Positions 44,705 through 54,398 of a DNA stretch of 64,000 nt are shown here, piece by piece. The DNA lies in NCBI GenBank assembly GCA_964411255.1, contig CAYPKD010000002.1:162141-226140 (forward strand), given 5' to 3'. This DNA comes from an uncultured Gammaproteobacteria bacterium. GTDB lineage: Bacteria; Patescibacteriota; Patescibacteriia; UBA11705; DATKZF01. The position numbers and the translations under genes were made by a program. Every line of letters starts with the position of its first letter. Position 1 is the first letter of the stretch. Under the pieces are notes generated by a model. That model worked only from the letters and a program-made list of their open reading frames with translations. It ran no database searches and was not told the origin of the DNA.

Positions 44705-47182
44705 GTGCAATCCTCATCCAGAGTAATGGGAATTTTACTGATTATATTTAAAATTGCAAAACCAATAATAACTAAGTTGTGGAAAGTAATGCTAACTCTC
44801 GGGAAAACAGCCAAAGGAGTCGGCGCAACAAAAGCAGGACTTGGAGTGACTTCATTTGGAGTTTATTCGTTAATTTTCACCTGGGAATTTGCTGTTTGCA
44901 TTTTAGTTTTAATTGGCATTCATGAAATGGGCCATGTTTGGGCAATGAAGCGGTTTGGCATGCCAACCAAGGGATTTTACTTTATTCCATTTTTCGGTGG
45001 TGCTGCAGTGCCTGAAACTTCTTTTCCAACAGCCTACTCAGAAGGTTACATTGCTTTGATGGGTCCGATCTGGGGATTGTTTACCAGTTTTGGAACCTAT
45101 TTGATTTACATTGCAACTTCAAATCCTGTGTTTGAAGTGGCAGCCTGCTGGATGGCTTTTGTTAACTTGATCAATCTATTGCCGATTTATCCGTTTGACG
45201 GCGGCAGAGTATTGCATTCTTTTACCTATTCATATCCAATGACTCGTTCAGAAAAAATCATGATGGCCATATTTAGTTCAGCAGCAATTGCATTTTGTGT
45301 AGTAAATGGATATTGGTTGTTCGCTTTTTTTGGAGTGGTAGGATTTTTTGAGCTTGCTTCTGATTATAATAAATTTCATAGAATGAAAAAAAATCAGATT
45401 GAAATAGAAACTGGCGAAATTGAAGACATAATAAGGTATTTAAAAAGACTTTTAGGATTAAATGATTTTGCTGATATCAGCGAGATTCCTCAGGCAATTG
45501 ATAATATGAAAGAGTCTAAAGATTGGCAGGAATTTGAACAACTGAAAGGCCTAAGAGAGCAGTTTTCAACCTGGTATCAGGACTGGCAAGAAGTTTGGCA
45601 GGAAATGTTAAATGATATCGGGTGTCATGATAAGCTATATCAGAAGTTAACTGTGTGTTTGATTGATAAAGATCCAGTTAGCCTGATGAGAAAAATTATA
45701 GAGAAAGGTCAAAAGAGAATAAAAATCTTAGGAGATAGTTATGTGGTTAGTGCGACAGATATTTATGATATTGAACATAGTCATCAAGAAAAACTGTGTG
45801 ATATAGACGGTGATTTTTGGCAGAGCATAGCAGAGCTATGCGATCAGTTTAAGCGAATTTACAATCAGGCAGAACAAAATTTGAAAAGTCTTTATCCAAA
45901 GATGTCACAGTTTTTTAAAGCTGCTGAAGTAAACTCAAAGCAAAGGTTCGCTGGTTTTCCATATAAAGATAGTTGGTCTAATTTTGAAGTTATTATCGCT
46001 TATCTAAATTCTGATTCTGAGCGTATATTAATTCCTAAAGATACAAAAATACACGAACAAGACTTAGCCTGGTATCGACCAATAAGACAATACCATCTTG
46101 ATCAGATAAAGGAAATAAATGAAGTATATTTTACTTTTTTGATATTTGAGCCAGAAGAACTTGATAAAATTATCACTAGGTATAATGCTATTATAGCTAA
46201 TAATGAACAAGACAAGCCTGTTTTAAATATAATAGGTACAAAAATTAAGAAAATGATAGGAGATTCTGTTAAATTGCTTGGACTGAAAAAAAATGCAAAG
46301 ATAGGCGATATTTTCATCACAATTGACAATATGAAAAAGCAAGAAAAATGGAGAGAATTTGAAGAGATCAGGAAAATACGAAAGGATTTTTCATCCTGGT
46401 ATAAAAAGTGGAAAAAGTTTTGGAAACAAATGAAAAAGAATTTTGATTGCGGGATAAACAACGAATTTATTATTTGTATGCTGGAGGATGAGCCGGTTAA
46501 GCTGATTAAGCAAGTTTTGGATGATGGGAAAAGGGTAGTAAAAATATTAGATGCAGAATTTGGGATTGAAATTCATGGATATGGATTAGAAAGAGCAAAA
46601 GAAATGGAATGGGATAAGTATCATATCCCTGATAATTATTGGCAAAGGCTGGAAATTTTATGCAGCAAATTTAAAGAGATGTATGATCAGATGGAGTCTC
46701 AATTGAGCACTCTTTATCCAAAGATGAAAGATTTGTTCACCAAGCATGGAATAGAAAATAATATGAAGTTTAATGACTTCCCATCAAAAGATCCTTGGTA
46801 TAATTTTGAAGCGGTAATTTTGTACTTGGCTTCATCAAAATATCATCGTTTAATACCTCCGACGACAAGGATACATTTAGATGGTTGTGAAAGAAAGATA
46901 GAGCAACATAATATGCAACATGATGAATATAGTTTTGCACATCTAGATACAATAAACGAGACATTTTTCGCTTCATTATTTATAGCGCCCAGAGTACTTG
47001 ATAAATTAAAAGATAAATACGCTGTTATTGCAGATAATAGTGAAATCAGATTATCATTTAAGCAAAAAGCGATCGTGTTTGGAGGATATGTAATTTTATT
47101 AATTGTATTGTTCACTTTAATGTATGTGACCGGGGGTAGTGATGCTGCCCGAGGAGCTGTTTCGTTCTTTAAAGAATTTTAA
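44705..47182 (+). CDS. M50-family (site-2-protease-like) zinc metalloprotease fused to a tandemly duplicated ~270-aa domain and C-terminal TM
   Basis: HEMGHV (HExxH) and NLLPIYPFDGGRV (LDG motif). Two internal repeats (AIDNMKESKDWQEF.../TIDNMKKQEKWREF... through ...LYPKM...). The start may be the internal Met at 44726. Confidence 0.6.
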   Translation: MQSSSRVMGILLIIFKIAKPIITKLWKVMLTLGKTAKGVGATKAGLGVTSFGVYSLIFTWEFAVCILVLIGIHEMGHVWAMKRFGMPTKGFYFIPFFGGAAVPETSFPTAYSEGYIALMGPIWGLFTSFGTYLIYIATSNPVFEVAACWMAFVNLINLLPIYPFDGGRVLHSFTYSYPMTRSEKIMMAIFSSAAIAFCVVNGYWLFAFFGVVGFFELASDYNKFHRMKKNQIEIETGEIEDIIRYLKRLLGLNDFADISEIPQAIDNMKESKDWQEFEQLKGLREQFSTWYQDWQEVWQEMLNDIGCHDKLYQKLTVCLIDKDPVSLMRKIIEKGQKRIKILGDSYVVSATDIYDIEHSHQEKLCDIDGDFWQSIAELCDQFKRIYNQAEQNLKSLYPKMSQFFKAAEVNSKQRFAGFPYKDSWSNFEVIIAYLNSDSERILIPKDTKIHEQDLAWYRPIRQYHLDQIKEINEVYFTFLIFEPEELDKIITRYNAIIANNEQDKPVLNIIGTKIKKMIGDSVKLLGLKKNAKIGDIFITIDNMKKQEKWREFEEIRKIRKDFSSWYKKWKKFWKQMKKNFDCGINNEFIICMLEDEPVKLIKQVLDDGKRVVKILDAEFGIEIHGYGLERAKEMEWDKYHIPDNYWQRLEILCSKFKEMYDQMESQLSTLYPKMKDLFTKHGIENNMKFNDFPSKDPWYNFEAVILYLASSKYHRLIPPTTRIHLDGCERKIEQHNMQHDEYSFAHLDTINETFFASLFIAPRVLDKLKDKYAVIADNSEIRLSFKQKAIVFGGYVILLIVLFTLMYVTGGSDAARGAVSFFKEF

Positions 47183-47246
47183 GCAGATACCAATGTATCT
47201 GTTTTTTTAATTGAAAAAAGCTTAAATTTTGTTATAATACACTCAT

Positions 47247-47921
47247 ATGAAATCAGGAAATTTATATATTGTGGCTACGCCAATTGGTAATTTGAAAGAT
47301 ATTACTTTTCGGGCTATTGAAACTTTCAAACAAGTTGATTTAATTGTCTGCGAAGATACTCGGCAGACCAGAAAGCTTTTGGATCATTATAAAATTAAAA
47401 AGCAGGTTTTAAGTTTTCATCAGCATTCAAATGAGAAAAAACTTCAAAGCCTGATTGATAAACTGAAAAAAGGGCAGGGCATAGCTTATGTGAGTGATGC
47501 TGGCACTCCAAATGTTTCTGATCCAGGTGGTAAATTGGTTGAATTGGCATTTAATGAAGGAATAAAAACTATTCCCATTCCAGGACCTTCAGCTTTGACA
47601 ACACTAATCAGCGTCAGCGGTATTCCAATGGATGAGTTTTGCTTTTTAGGATTTATTCCCCATAAAAAAGGCAGGCAGAAATTTTTAAAAAAAATACAGG
47701 AATCAAAAGTCCCAGTTGTGTTTTTTGAATCAAAGCACCGTATAAAAAAGACATTAGTAGCATTAAGTGATTTAATTCCTGAGAGAAATATTATTATTGG
47801 CAGGGAATTGACAAAGATGTTTGAAACAATTTATAAAGGAAATGTAAAAACAATAAATACTGAATTTGAAAGTACTGGAAATTTAAAAGGTGAATTTGTA
47901 ATTATTATAAACAACAAGTAA
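47247..47921 (+). CDS. rsmI: 16S rRNA (cytidine1402-2'-O)-methyltransferase
   Basis: LYIVATPIGNLKDITFRAIETFKQVDLIVCEDTRQTRKLL. Confidence 0.85.
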   Translation: MKSGNLYIVATPIGNLKDITFRAIETFKQVDLIVCEDTRQTRKLLDHYKIKKQVLSFHQHSNEKKLQSLIDKLKKGQGIAYVSDAGTPNVSDPGGKLVELAFNEGIKTIPIPGPSALTTLISVSGIPMDEFCFLGFIPHKKGRQKFLKKIQESKVPVVFFESKHRIKKTLVALSDLIPERNIIIGRELTKMFETIYKGNVKTINTEFESTGNLKGEFVIIINNK

Positions 47922-47936
47922 TTTTTTAAAAGAGAG

Positions 47937-48153
47937 AAGCCCTAGACGAGGTCTAGGGCTTCAGAAAGTGAATGCGCCGCTTCTTGCAAGAGAAGGAGGG
48001 GGAAACCCCTGGCTGACAAGACTCTCAAAACGTGAGCATAATATCAATTTTTGGCTCAGCTTGGGGGTCTTGCAATTGGGGCTTCATCCACTTCCATTTT
48101 TATCATAAGCTAATTATTCATAATTGTCAAGTATTAAGGTAAATTAGGAAAAT
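47937..48153 (+). ncRNA. structured GC-rich leader upstream of metG (candidate cis-regulatory RNA; T-box not confirmed)
   Basis: 12-bp perfect hairpin GAAGCCCTAGAC-GAG-GTCTAGGGCTTC at 47937-47963, then CTTCT/AGAAG, GGGG-AAA-CCCC, GCTGA/TCAGC and TGAGC/GCTCA helices. AGAGAG lies upstream and an ATG triplet sits in a possible loop. Confidence 0.25.
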
Positions 48154-49695
48154 ATGAAGAAATTTTATATAACAACACCAATTTATTATGTAAATGACCA
48201 GCCTCATATTGGTCATGCGTACACTACAGCAATTTCTGACAGCTTAGCCAGATATTATCGCCTCAAGCTGGGTGCGGATAATGTTTGGTTTTTAACCGGA
48301 ACAGATGAGCATGGAGCAAAGGTAGAACAGGCAGCAAATAAAAATCAACAAAAACCCCAGGAATTTTGTAATCAGGTTTCTGCGAAATTTCAAATATCTT
48401 GGGATAGTTTGAACGTTTCCAATAATGATTTTCTGCGAACGACAGAAAAAAGGCATGAGGATTCTGTGAAAAATATTTTACTAAAGCTAAAAGATTTGAA
48501 AACACCAAAAGGAAATGACATTTTTTTTGAAAAGGATTATGAAGGCTTATATTGTGTTGGCTGTGAAGCATATGTAAAAGAAGATGATCTGGTTGACGGA
48601 CTATGTCCAGATCATATGAAAAAGCCAGAATTGGTCAAGGAGAAAAACTGGTTTTTCAGACTTTCAGATTATGAAGATATTTTGAAAGAACAGATAGAGA
48701 AAAATATATTAATGGTCGAGCCAAAAAAAAGACAAAATGAAGTTCTTGGTTTGCTTGATCAAGGTCTGGAAGATATTGCTATTAGTCGAACAAAAGTAGA
48801 ATGGGGAATCAGAGTGCCATGGGATGAAAAACAAACCGTTTATGTTTGGGTTGAAGCTTTAATGAATTATATAACCTCACTTGGGTATTTATCAGATGAT
48901 GAGAAAAAATTAGATAAATTTTGGCCAGCTGATTTACAGGTAATTGGAAAAGATATATTAAAATTTCATGCAGTAATATGGCCAGCATTGCTTATAACCC
49001 TGGGCTTAAAAATACCAGATAAAATATTTGCTCACGGTTATTTCACTATTGATGGAAAAAAAATGAGTAAAACCTTGGGTAATGCTATTGATCCTAATGA
49101 TTTGATTGATAAATTTGGATCAGAAGGCGCCAGATATCTGATTATGTCACAGTTTCCATTTGGGGAAGATGGAGATATCAAAGCAGATTTATTTGAGGAA
49201 AAATTTAATGCAGATCTGGCAAATGGAATTGGAAATCTAGTCAGCAGGATTTTAAGCATGAATGAAAAGTATTTTGATAATGTTATTCCAGAAGCATCAC
49301 AAAATGAGGATATATTTAAAATCAAAAAGGTTTGGAAAAGTTTTACGTCAAAATTTGAGCAATTGAAGATCTTTGAGGCAATTAAAGATATTAATGCCTT
49401 AACTCAAAAAATTGATAAATATATTGCAGATAATAAGCCTTGGGATCTGGCGAAAGATAAAGGTAATGAAAAGAAATTATCTCAAATCGTTTATAATCTT
49501 TGTGAAGGGACTAGACATTTGGCTTGGATGATTTATCCAATACTTCCTGAAACTTCTATGAAAATATTTAAAAAATTAAATCTTCAAAAAGAATTGCAGG
49601 AAATAAAGTTTGAAAAAGCTCAAAAGTGGGGCTTGCTTAAGTCTGGGACAAAAATTGAAAAAGGCGAAGCTTTGTTTCCTCGTATTGAAAAATAA
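48154..49695 (+). CDS. metG: methionyl-tRNA synthetase
   Basis: HIGH motif (PHIGHAYTT) and KMSKT motif. Confidence 0.9.
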   Translation: MKKFYITTPIYYVNDQPHIGHAYTTAISDSLARYYRLKLGADNVWFLTGTDEHGAKVEQAANKNQQKPQEFCNQVSAKFQISWDSLNVSNNDFLRTTEKRHEDSVKNILLKLKDLKTPKGNDIFFEKDYEGLYCVGCEAYVKEDDLVDGLCPDHMKKPELVKEKNWFFRLSDYEDILKEQIEKNILMVEPKKRQNEVLGLLDQGLEDIAISRTKVEWGIRVPWDEKQTVYVWVEALMNYITSLGYLSDDEKKLDKFWPADLQVIGKDILKFHAVIWPALLITLGLKIPDKIFAHGYFTIDGKKMSKTLGNAIDPNDLIDKFGSEGARYLIMSQFPFGEDGDIKADLFEEKFNADLANGIGNLVSRILSMNEKYFDNVIPEASQNEDIFKIKKVWKSFTSKFEQLKIFEAIKDINALTQKIDKYIADNKPWDLAKDKGNEKKLSQIVYNLCEGTRHLAWMIYPILPETSMKIFKKLNLQKELQEIKFEKAQKWGLLKSGTKIEKGEALFPRIEK

Positions 49696-49740
49696 CTTCA
49701 TAACTTCATAACTTTTTAACATCATAACAAAAATAAACAT

Positions 49741-50235
49741 ATGATTTTAGACTTAATTTTAATTGCCCTATTAGTATGTTTTGTCATTGGCGGCTATAAA
49801 AAAGGCCTAATCAAAAGTTTAGGTTCTTTATTAGGTTTTATTTTAACTATTTTATTAGTGAGCTGGTTTTATCCCTGGCTGATGACTAAAGCAGATACTT
49901 TTTGGGGGAAGGTTATTGTATTTGTTATTGCCCTGATTATTATTTCTGCATTAATTAGTTTAGCTATCTGGATAGTTGAAAAAATATTTAAAATTTTTTC
50001 ATTTATCCCTGGCTCAAAGATTTTGAATAAATTTTTAGGAGCTGGCATTGGTTTGATCAGTGGGCTTTTAATGACCTCATTTTTGGTTTGGATGATCATA
50101 AAGCTGTCGGTTATCAGTCCTTGGCTTATAAATCAGATTGACAGCTCATACTTGGTGGGGCCAATGTTGGCCATTGCTTACATTTGGATTCCAATAGTGC
50201 CAAAGGTTTATCGGGAAGTAAAAAATAATTTATGA
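49741..50235 (+). CDS. cvpA: CvpA-family membrane protein
   Basis: Four TM segments. N-terminus MILDLILIALLVCFVIGGYKKGL. Confidence 0.55.
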   Translation: MILDLILIALLVCFVIGGYKKGLIKSLGSLLGFILTILLVSWFYPWLMTKADTFWGKVIVFVIALIIISALISLAIWIVEKIFKIFSFIPGSKILNKFLGAGIGLISGLLMTSFLVWMIIKLSVISPWLINQIDSSYLVGPMLAIAYIWIPIVPKVYREVKNNL

Positions 50236-51080
50236 TAGTTGATACACATTGTCATTTGAATTTTCAGGCATTTGATAAGGATAGAGATGAGGTATTGGAA
50301 AGAGCTGATAAAAGTGGTGTTGCTATGATTGTTGTTGGGGCAAATTTTAAATCAAGCATGAAAGCTGTGGAAATTGCCAATCAAAATAAAAACGTATTTT
50401 CTTCAATCGGTTTGCACCCGACCCATTTAATAGAACAGATGTTTGAAGAAGAGGGAAGTAAAATCAGGAGCAAGGCTGAAAAATTTGATTTTAGCGCTTA
50501 TGAAGAGTTGGCGTTAAATACTGACGTAAAGGCGATCGGAGAGTGCGGTATTGATTATTATCATATAAATCCTGATGTGCCAATAGAAGAACAAAAAGAT
50601 TTGCAAAAAAAAGTAATGCTTGAGCATATTGATTTGGCCAGTAAGCAAAATCTTCCATTAATATTGCATTGCCGGGATGGAAAAGGATTTTCAAAAGAAG
50701 CATACAATGATTTATTGGAAATAATTATAGAGAGTAAAAAAAAGGTACATGGCGTGCTTCATTGTTTTTCTTCAGACTGGGAAACAGCGGAAAAATTTTT
50801 GGATTTGGGCTTTTATTTGGGTTTTACCGGAATAATAACCTATACCCAATCGTTGGATATGCTTGATGTAGTGAGGAGAACACCTAAAGATAAAATTTTA
50901 TCAGAAACTGATTGCCCATATCTAACTCCAATCCCATACCAAGGCAAGAGAAATGAGCCAATTTATGTTGAATATGTGATTAAAAAAATCGCTGATATTA
51001 GGGAGATTGATTATAAAACTGCTGCCAAACTTACTTTAAGAAATGCCAAGAGGTTGTTTAATCTGGAGATTGGGAATTGA
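50232..51080 (+). CDS. tatD: TatD-family metal-dependent hydrolase
   Basis: MIVDTHCHLNF N-terminus and GECGIDY. Confidence 0.85.
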   Translation: MIVDTHCHLNFQAFDKDRDEVLERADKSGVAMIVVGANFKSSMKAVEIANQNKNVFSSIGLHPTHLIEQMFEEEGSKIRSKAEKFDFSAYEELALNTDVKAIGECGIDYYHINPDVPIEEQKDLQKKVMLEHIDLASKQNLPLILHCRDGKGFSKEAYNDLLEIIIESKKKVHGVLHCFSSDWETAEKFLDLGFYLGFTGIITYTQSLDMLDVVRRTPKDKILSETDCPYLTPIPYQGKRNEPIYVEYVIKKIADIREIDYKTAAKLTLRNAKRLFNLEIGN

Positions 51081-51147
51081 ATGAGTTGATTTATTCACTT
51101 GACCAAAGTTTATTATTTCGCTAAAATATAGATGCTTTTATCACTAA

Positions 51148-51456
51148 TTGTGGATAAAATTTATTTTTTTAAAAAACAATCGAATGGAAAAAACAAAAAA
51201 ACAAAAACCATGGGTTAGCTCTCTGAGCCTAGCGTTTCAATTGGGCTATACTATTGCAATTCCATTAGTAGTATTAGCTTTATTGGGCAGATTTTTAGAT
51301 AAAAAGTTTGATACGTCTCCATGGCTACTTTTAGCTGGAATATTGCTTTCTTTAATGATCACCAGCTGGATGATTTATATAAAAATTTCAAAAATAATAG
51401 CAGATTTAGGTAAGTGTGAAAAAAAAGTAGACAAGTTGAAAGAGGGGGAAAAATAG
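51148..51456 (+). CDS. ATP synthase protein I / AtpZ-like small membrane protein
   Basis: Two TM helices directly upstream of atpB. The start may be the internal Met at 51184. Confidence 0.45.
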   Translation: MWIKFIFLKNNRMEKTKKQKPWVSSLSLAFQLGYTIAIPLVVLALLGRFLDKKFDTSPWLLLAGILLSLMITSWMIYIKISKIIADLGKCEKKVDKLKEGEK

Positions 51457-51537
51457 GTCTACGAATCTACAAATTGTCTACTAAAACTATAAATAATAGA
51501 TTTTGTAGGATTTGTATGAGATTCATAATTTAGTAGT

Positions 51538-52284
51538 ATGGAAATTTCTCTAGCCGCTGAACCAATTTTTCATATAGGAGGATTTGAAGTGACTAATTCA
51601 TTATTAACCGCCTGGATTGTGGTGGCTTTTTTAGTTATTGTGTCAATTGCTTTGAAAAAGAAAATAAAGAAAGTGCCTAAAGGACTCCAAAATTTTGTCG
51701 AAGCAATGTTTGAAAGTTTTTTGAAAATTATGGATAGCGTATCTGGCAGTCGAAAACAGAGTATTAAATTTTTTCCAATAGTAGTAACCATATTTTTATT
51801 TGTAATTTTTAACAATTGGATTGGTCTGATCCCGGGTGTCGGCACTATTGGCTTTAATGAAGTCCATAATGGCCATGAGGTTTTTGTGCCTCTTTTCCGA
51901 GCAGGCAGCGCCGATTTGAATTTCACCCTGGCAGTGGCGATAATTGCAGTAGCCTCGACTCATTTCTTTGGTATTGTGGCTCTTGGTTTTGCAAAGCACA
52001 TGAAAAAATTTATAGATTTGAAAAAATTATACAAGGATCCAGTAATGTTTTTTGTTGGCATTTTAGAAATTATCGGAGAAATCGCAAAAACCGTGTCATT
52101 TTCTTTTCGTTTATTTGGAAACATATTTGCCGGAGAAGTTTTGTTAACTGTAGTTGCAATACTAGTACCGTATGTAGCGCCATTGCCATTTTTGTTTTTA
52201 GAAGTTTTTGTTGGTTTGATTCAGGCAGCTGTTTTTGCCATGCTAACTTTGGTGTTTTTAAGTTTGCAGACGTCAGAACATTAA
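51538..52284 (+). CDS. atpB: ATP synthase F0 subunit a
   Basis: LFGNIFAGEVLL motif containing the essential Arg region. Polytopic. Confidence 0.85.
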   Translation: MEISLAAEPIFHIGGFEVTNSLLTAWIVVAFLVIVSIALKKKIKKVPKGLQNFVEAMFESFLKIMDSVSGSRKQSIKFFPIVVTIFLFVIFNNWIGLIPGVGTIGFNEVHNGHEVFVPLFRAGSADLNFTLAVAIIAVASTHFFGIVALGFAKHMKKFIDLKKLYKDPVMFFVGILEIIGEIAKTVSFSFRLFGNIFAGEVLLTVVAILVPYVAPLPFLFLEVFVGLIQAAVFAMLTLVFLSLQTSEH

Positions 52285-52503
52285 ATCTTACAATCGGTAA
52301 TTAATAATTGGTAATTTGGAAATAGCAATCCTGCATACAAATTACAAGTTATTAATTACTAATCAAGGATAACATCCGACTCTAAACAATAAAAAAAATA
52401 AGTCGAGAAAAAGTTATCCTTAGTTGCGAATTTACAAATTTTATACAACATTTATATTATTTTGTATGTAATCTTGTAATTTCGTAACCTAAATTCGTAA
52501 TAT

Positions 52504-52731
52504 ATGGAATTAGAAGCTGTAAAATCAATTGCTGCTGGATTGGCAATCGCTGTTGGCGGTTTTGGCCCAGCTTTAGCAATTGGCAAAATCGGAGAAAAGG
52601 CATTGGATTCAATCGGTAGAAATCCAGAATCAGCATCAAAGATCCAAGCTCCAATGATTATTGGGATAGCTTTTGCTGAAGCGGTAGCTATTTATGCATT
52701 GGTAATCGCATTGATTGTAAAATTCGTCTAG
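52504..52731 (+). CDS. atpE: ATP synthase F0 subunit c
   Basis: GLAIAVGGFGPALAIGKIG ... IGIAFAEAVAIYALVIALI. 75 aa. Confidence 0.9.
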   Translation: MELEAVKSIAAGLAIAVGGFGPALAIGKIGEKALDSIGRNPESASKIQAPMIIGIAFAEAVAIYALVIALIVKFV

Positions 52732-53320
52732 ATGGCGCTAGAAGGCGAAATATGGCGTAAGAAGTGAGAAAAGAGATAGAAGGCGAAGCCAAATATTGAA
52801 AACTTCTTACGCCCCTTACGTATTTTAGTCGTTTAACCTAAATAAGAACGAATATGTCAAAGGAGGCAAAAAGTGGTGTTAGACATAAGAATATGATTGT
52901 CTGGCAAATGGCAGACAAGTTGGATAAATATATTCAAAAAGTAATTTTAAAGAAAATACCACGATATGAATATAAGATAAGGACACAAATTGATAGTGCT
53001 TCAGATTCAATAAGTGCAAATTTTGTTGAAGGATATTATAGTGGATCACTCAATGAATATATACGATTTTGTAAGTATAGTAGAAGGTCTATTGGAGAAC
53101 TGCATGATAGAGTGGAAAGAACACTAAGAAAAGAATATATAGCTCAAGATGAATTTAATAAATTTGAGGATATCTCAATAAAAACCGGATTTCTTTTTGA
53201 TAGATTACTTAATTCACTTAATAACAAAAAGGAAAGAGAGGAAAAATAGTTGGTAGCGTTTTCTTTGCCTTATATCACCTCTAGCGCCCTCTTACGTCCT
53301 CTTTCGCCTTATAAAAAAAT
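52732..53320 (+). mobile_element. second four-helix-bundle cassette with flanking inverted repeats, inserted between atpE and atpF
   Basis: Left flank contains GGCGCTAGA, AAGGCGAAA and the 12-bp stem GGCGTAAGAAGT/ACTTCTTACGCC. Right flank contains the complementary TCTAGCGCC, CTTACGTCC and CTTTCGCC. Confidence 0.35.
52854..53249 (+). CDS. four-helix-bundle protein (TIGR02436-like), second copy
   Basis: MIVWQMADKL...SISANFVEGYYSGSLNEYIRFCKYSRRSIGELHDRVE matches the family pattern (W-Q-x-A, A-N-I-V-E-G, G-E-L). Confidence 0.65.
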   Translation: MSKEAKSGVRHKNMIVWQMADKLDKYIQKVILKKIPRYEYKIRTQIDSASDSISANFVEGYYSGSLNEYIRFCKYSRRSIGELHDRVERTLRKEYIAQDEFNKFEDISIKTGFLFDRLLNSLNNKKEREEK

Positions 53321-53830
53321 ATGGAAGAATTATTTCATAAGCTTGGCATTAATTGGAAGCTTTTAATTGCTCAGGCAATAAATTTCACCATTGTTTTAAT
53401 TGTACTTCACCGATTTGTCTATAAACCTTTGCTTAAGATGCTGAAGGACAGACAAAAAAAGATTGACCAGAGTTTAAAAGATGCGGAAAAGGTTGAAGAA
53501 AATTTGAAAAAATCAAAAATTGAAAGGGAAAACCAGGTTGCCCTAGGAAGAAAAGAAGCTGAAAAGATAATCGAAAGTACAAATAAAACAGCAGACGAAA
53601 TTAAAAAACAAAAGGTAAGTGAAGCAAAGGATGAATCAGCGGCTGTTATAAAAGAGGCAAAAGAAAAGATTCAAATGGAAAGGGGCCAAATGATAGAAGA
53701 TGTTAAGGCTGAGTTGGGAGAATTAGTTCTTTTAGCATCGAAAAAAGTGACCAAGGATTCGGTTGATAAAGCTACTCACCAAAAGTTGATTGATGAAGCT
53801 ATTATTGATTTGCGAAAAGCAAAGATTTAA
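53321..53830 (+). CDS. atpF: ATP synthase F0 subunit b
   Basis: N-terminal TM helix followed by a long charged coiled coil. Confidence 0.8.
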   Translation: MEELFHKLGINWKLLIAQAINFTIVLIVLHRFVYKPLLKMLKDRQKKIDQSLKDAEKVEENLKKSKIERENQVALGRKEAEKIIESTNKTADEIKKQKVSEAKDESAAVIKEAKEKIQMERGQMIEDVKAELGELVLLASKKVTKDSVDKATHQKLIDEAIIDLRKAKI

Positions 53831-53849
53831 AGCCATAAGTAAATTTAGT

Positions 53850-54389
53850 ATGCCAATCAGAAATATAAAACATTATTCAAAGGCATTATTGGATCTTGGC
53901 AGGCAATATGATATTTTAGATGAAATATTAGCAGACATAGAAGATGTTGCGGAAAAGCTAAATGCCAATCTTGATTTAAAAAAATATTTGCTCGACCCAC
54001 AGATCAAAATGTCAAAGAAAAAGCAAGCACTAAAGGCTGTGTTTCAGGATTTTATTTCTGAGAAAACGTATAATTTTTTATTTATTTTAATTAAAGACAA
54101 AACAATAGCATATCTGGACCAAATAATCGGAGACGTTCATAAGAAAAGAAAAGATGAAGAAGATGTGCTAGAGGCCATTGTAGAGTCTGTTGTACCTGTA
54201 GAAAGTAAGGAAGAGGATATTATAAAAAAGACATTGGCTGAAAAAACGAATAAAAGAATTTTAATAAAGAATCTAATTGAACCAAAATTGATTGGCGGTC
54301 TGAAAATTACTATTGGAGATATGGTGATAGACAGTTCCGTTCAGGGAAAATTAGACAGATTGAGAAATATAATAAGAAAATTAAATTAA
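53850..54389 (+). CDS. atpH: ATP synthase F1 delta subunit (OSCP)
   Basis: ORF 53790..54389. The ATG at 53850 (MPIRNIKHYSKALLDLG) lies just after the atpF stop. C-terminal LIGGLKITIGDMVIDSSVQGKL. Confidence 0.75.
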   Translation: MPIRNIKHYSKALLDLGRQYDILDEILADIEDVAEKLNANLDLKKYLLDPQIKMSKKKQALKAVFQDFISEKTYNFLFILIKDKTIAYLDQIIGDVHKKRKDEEDVLEAIVESVVPVESKEEDIIKKTLAEKTNKRILIKNLIEPKLIGGLKITIGDMVIDSSVQGKLDRLRNIIRKLN

Positions 54390-54398
54390 TAGAAATAT

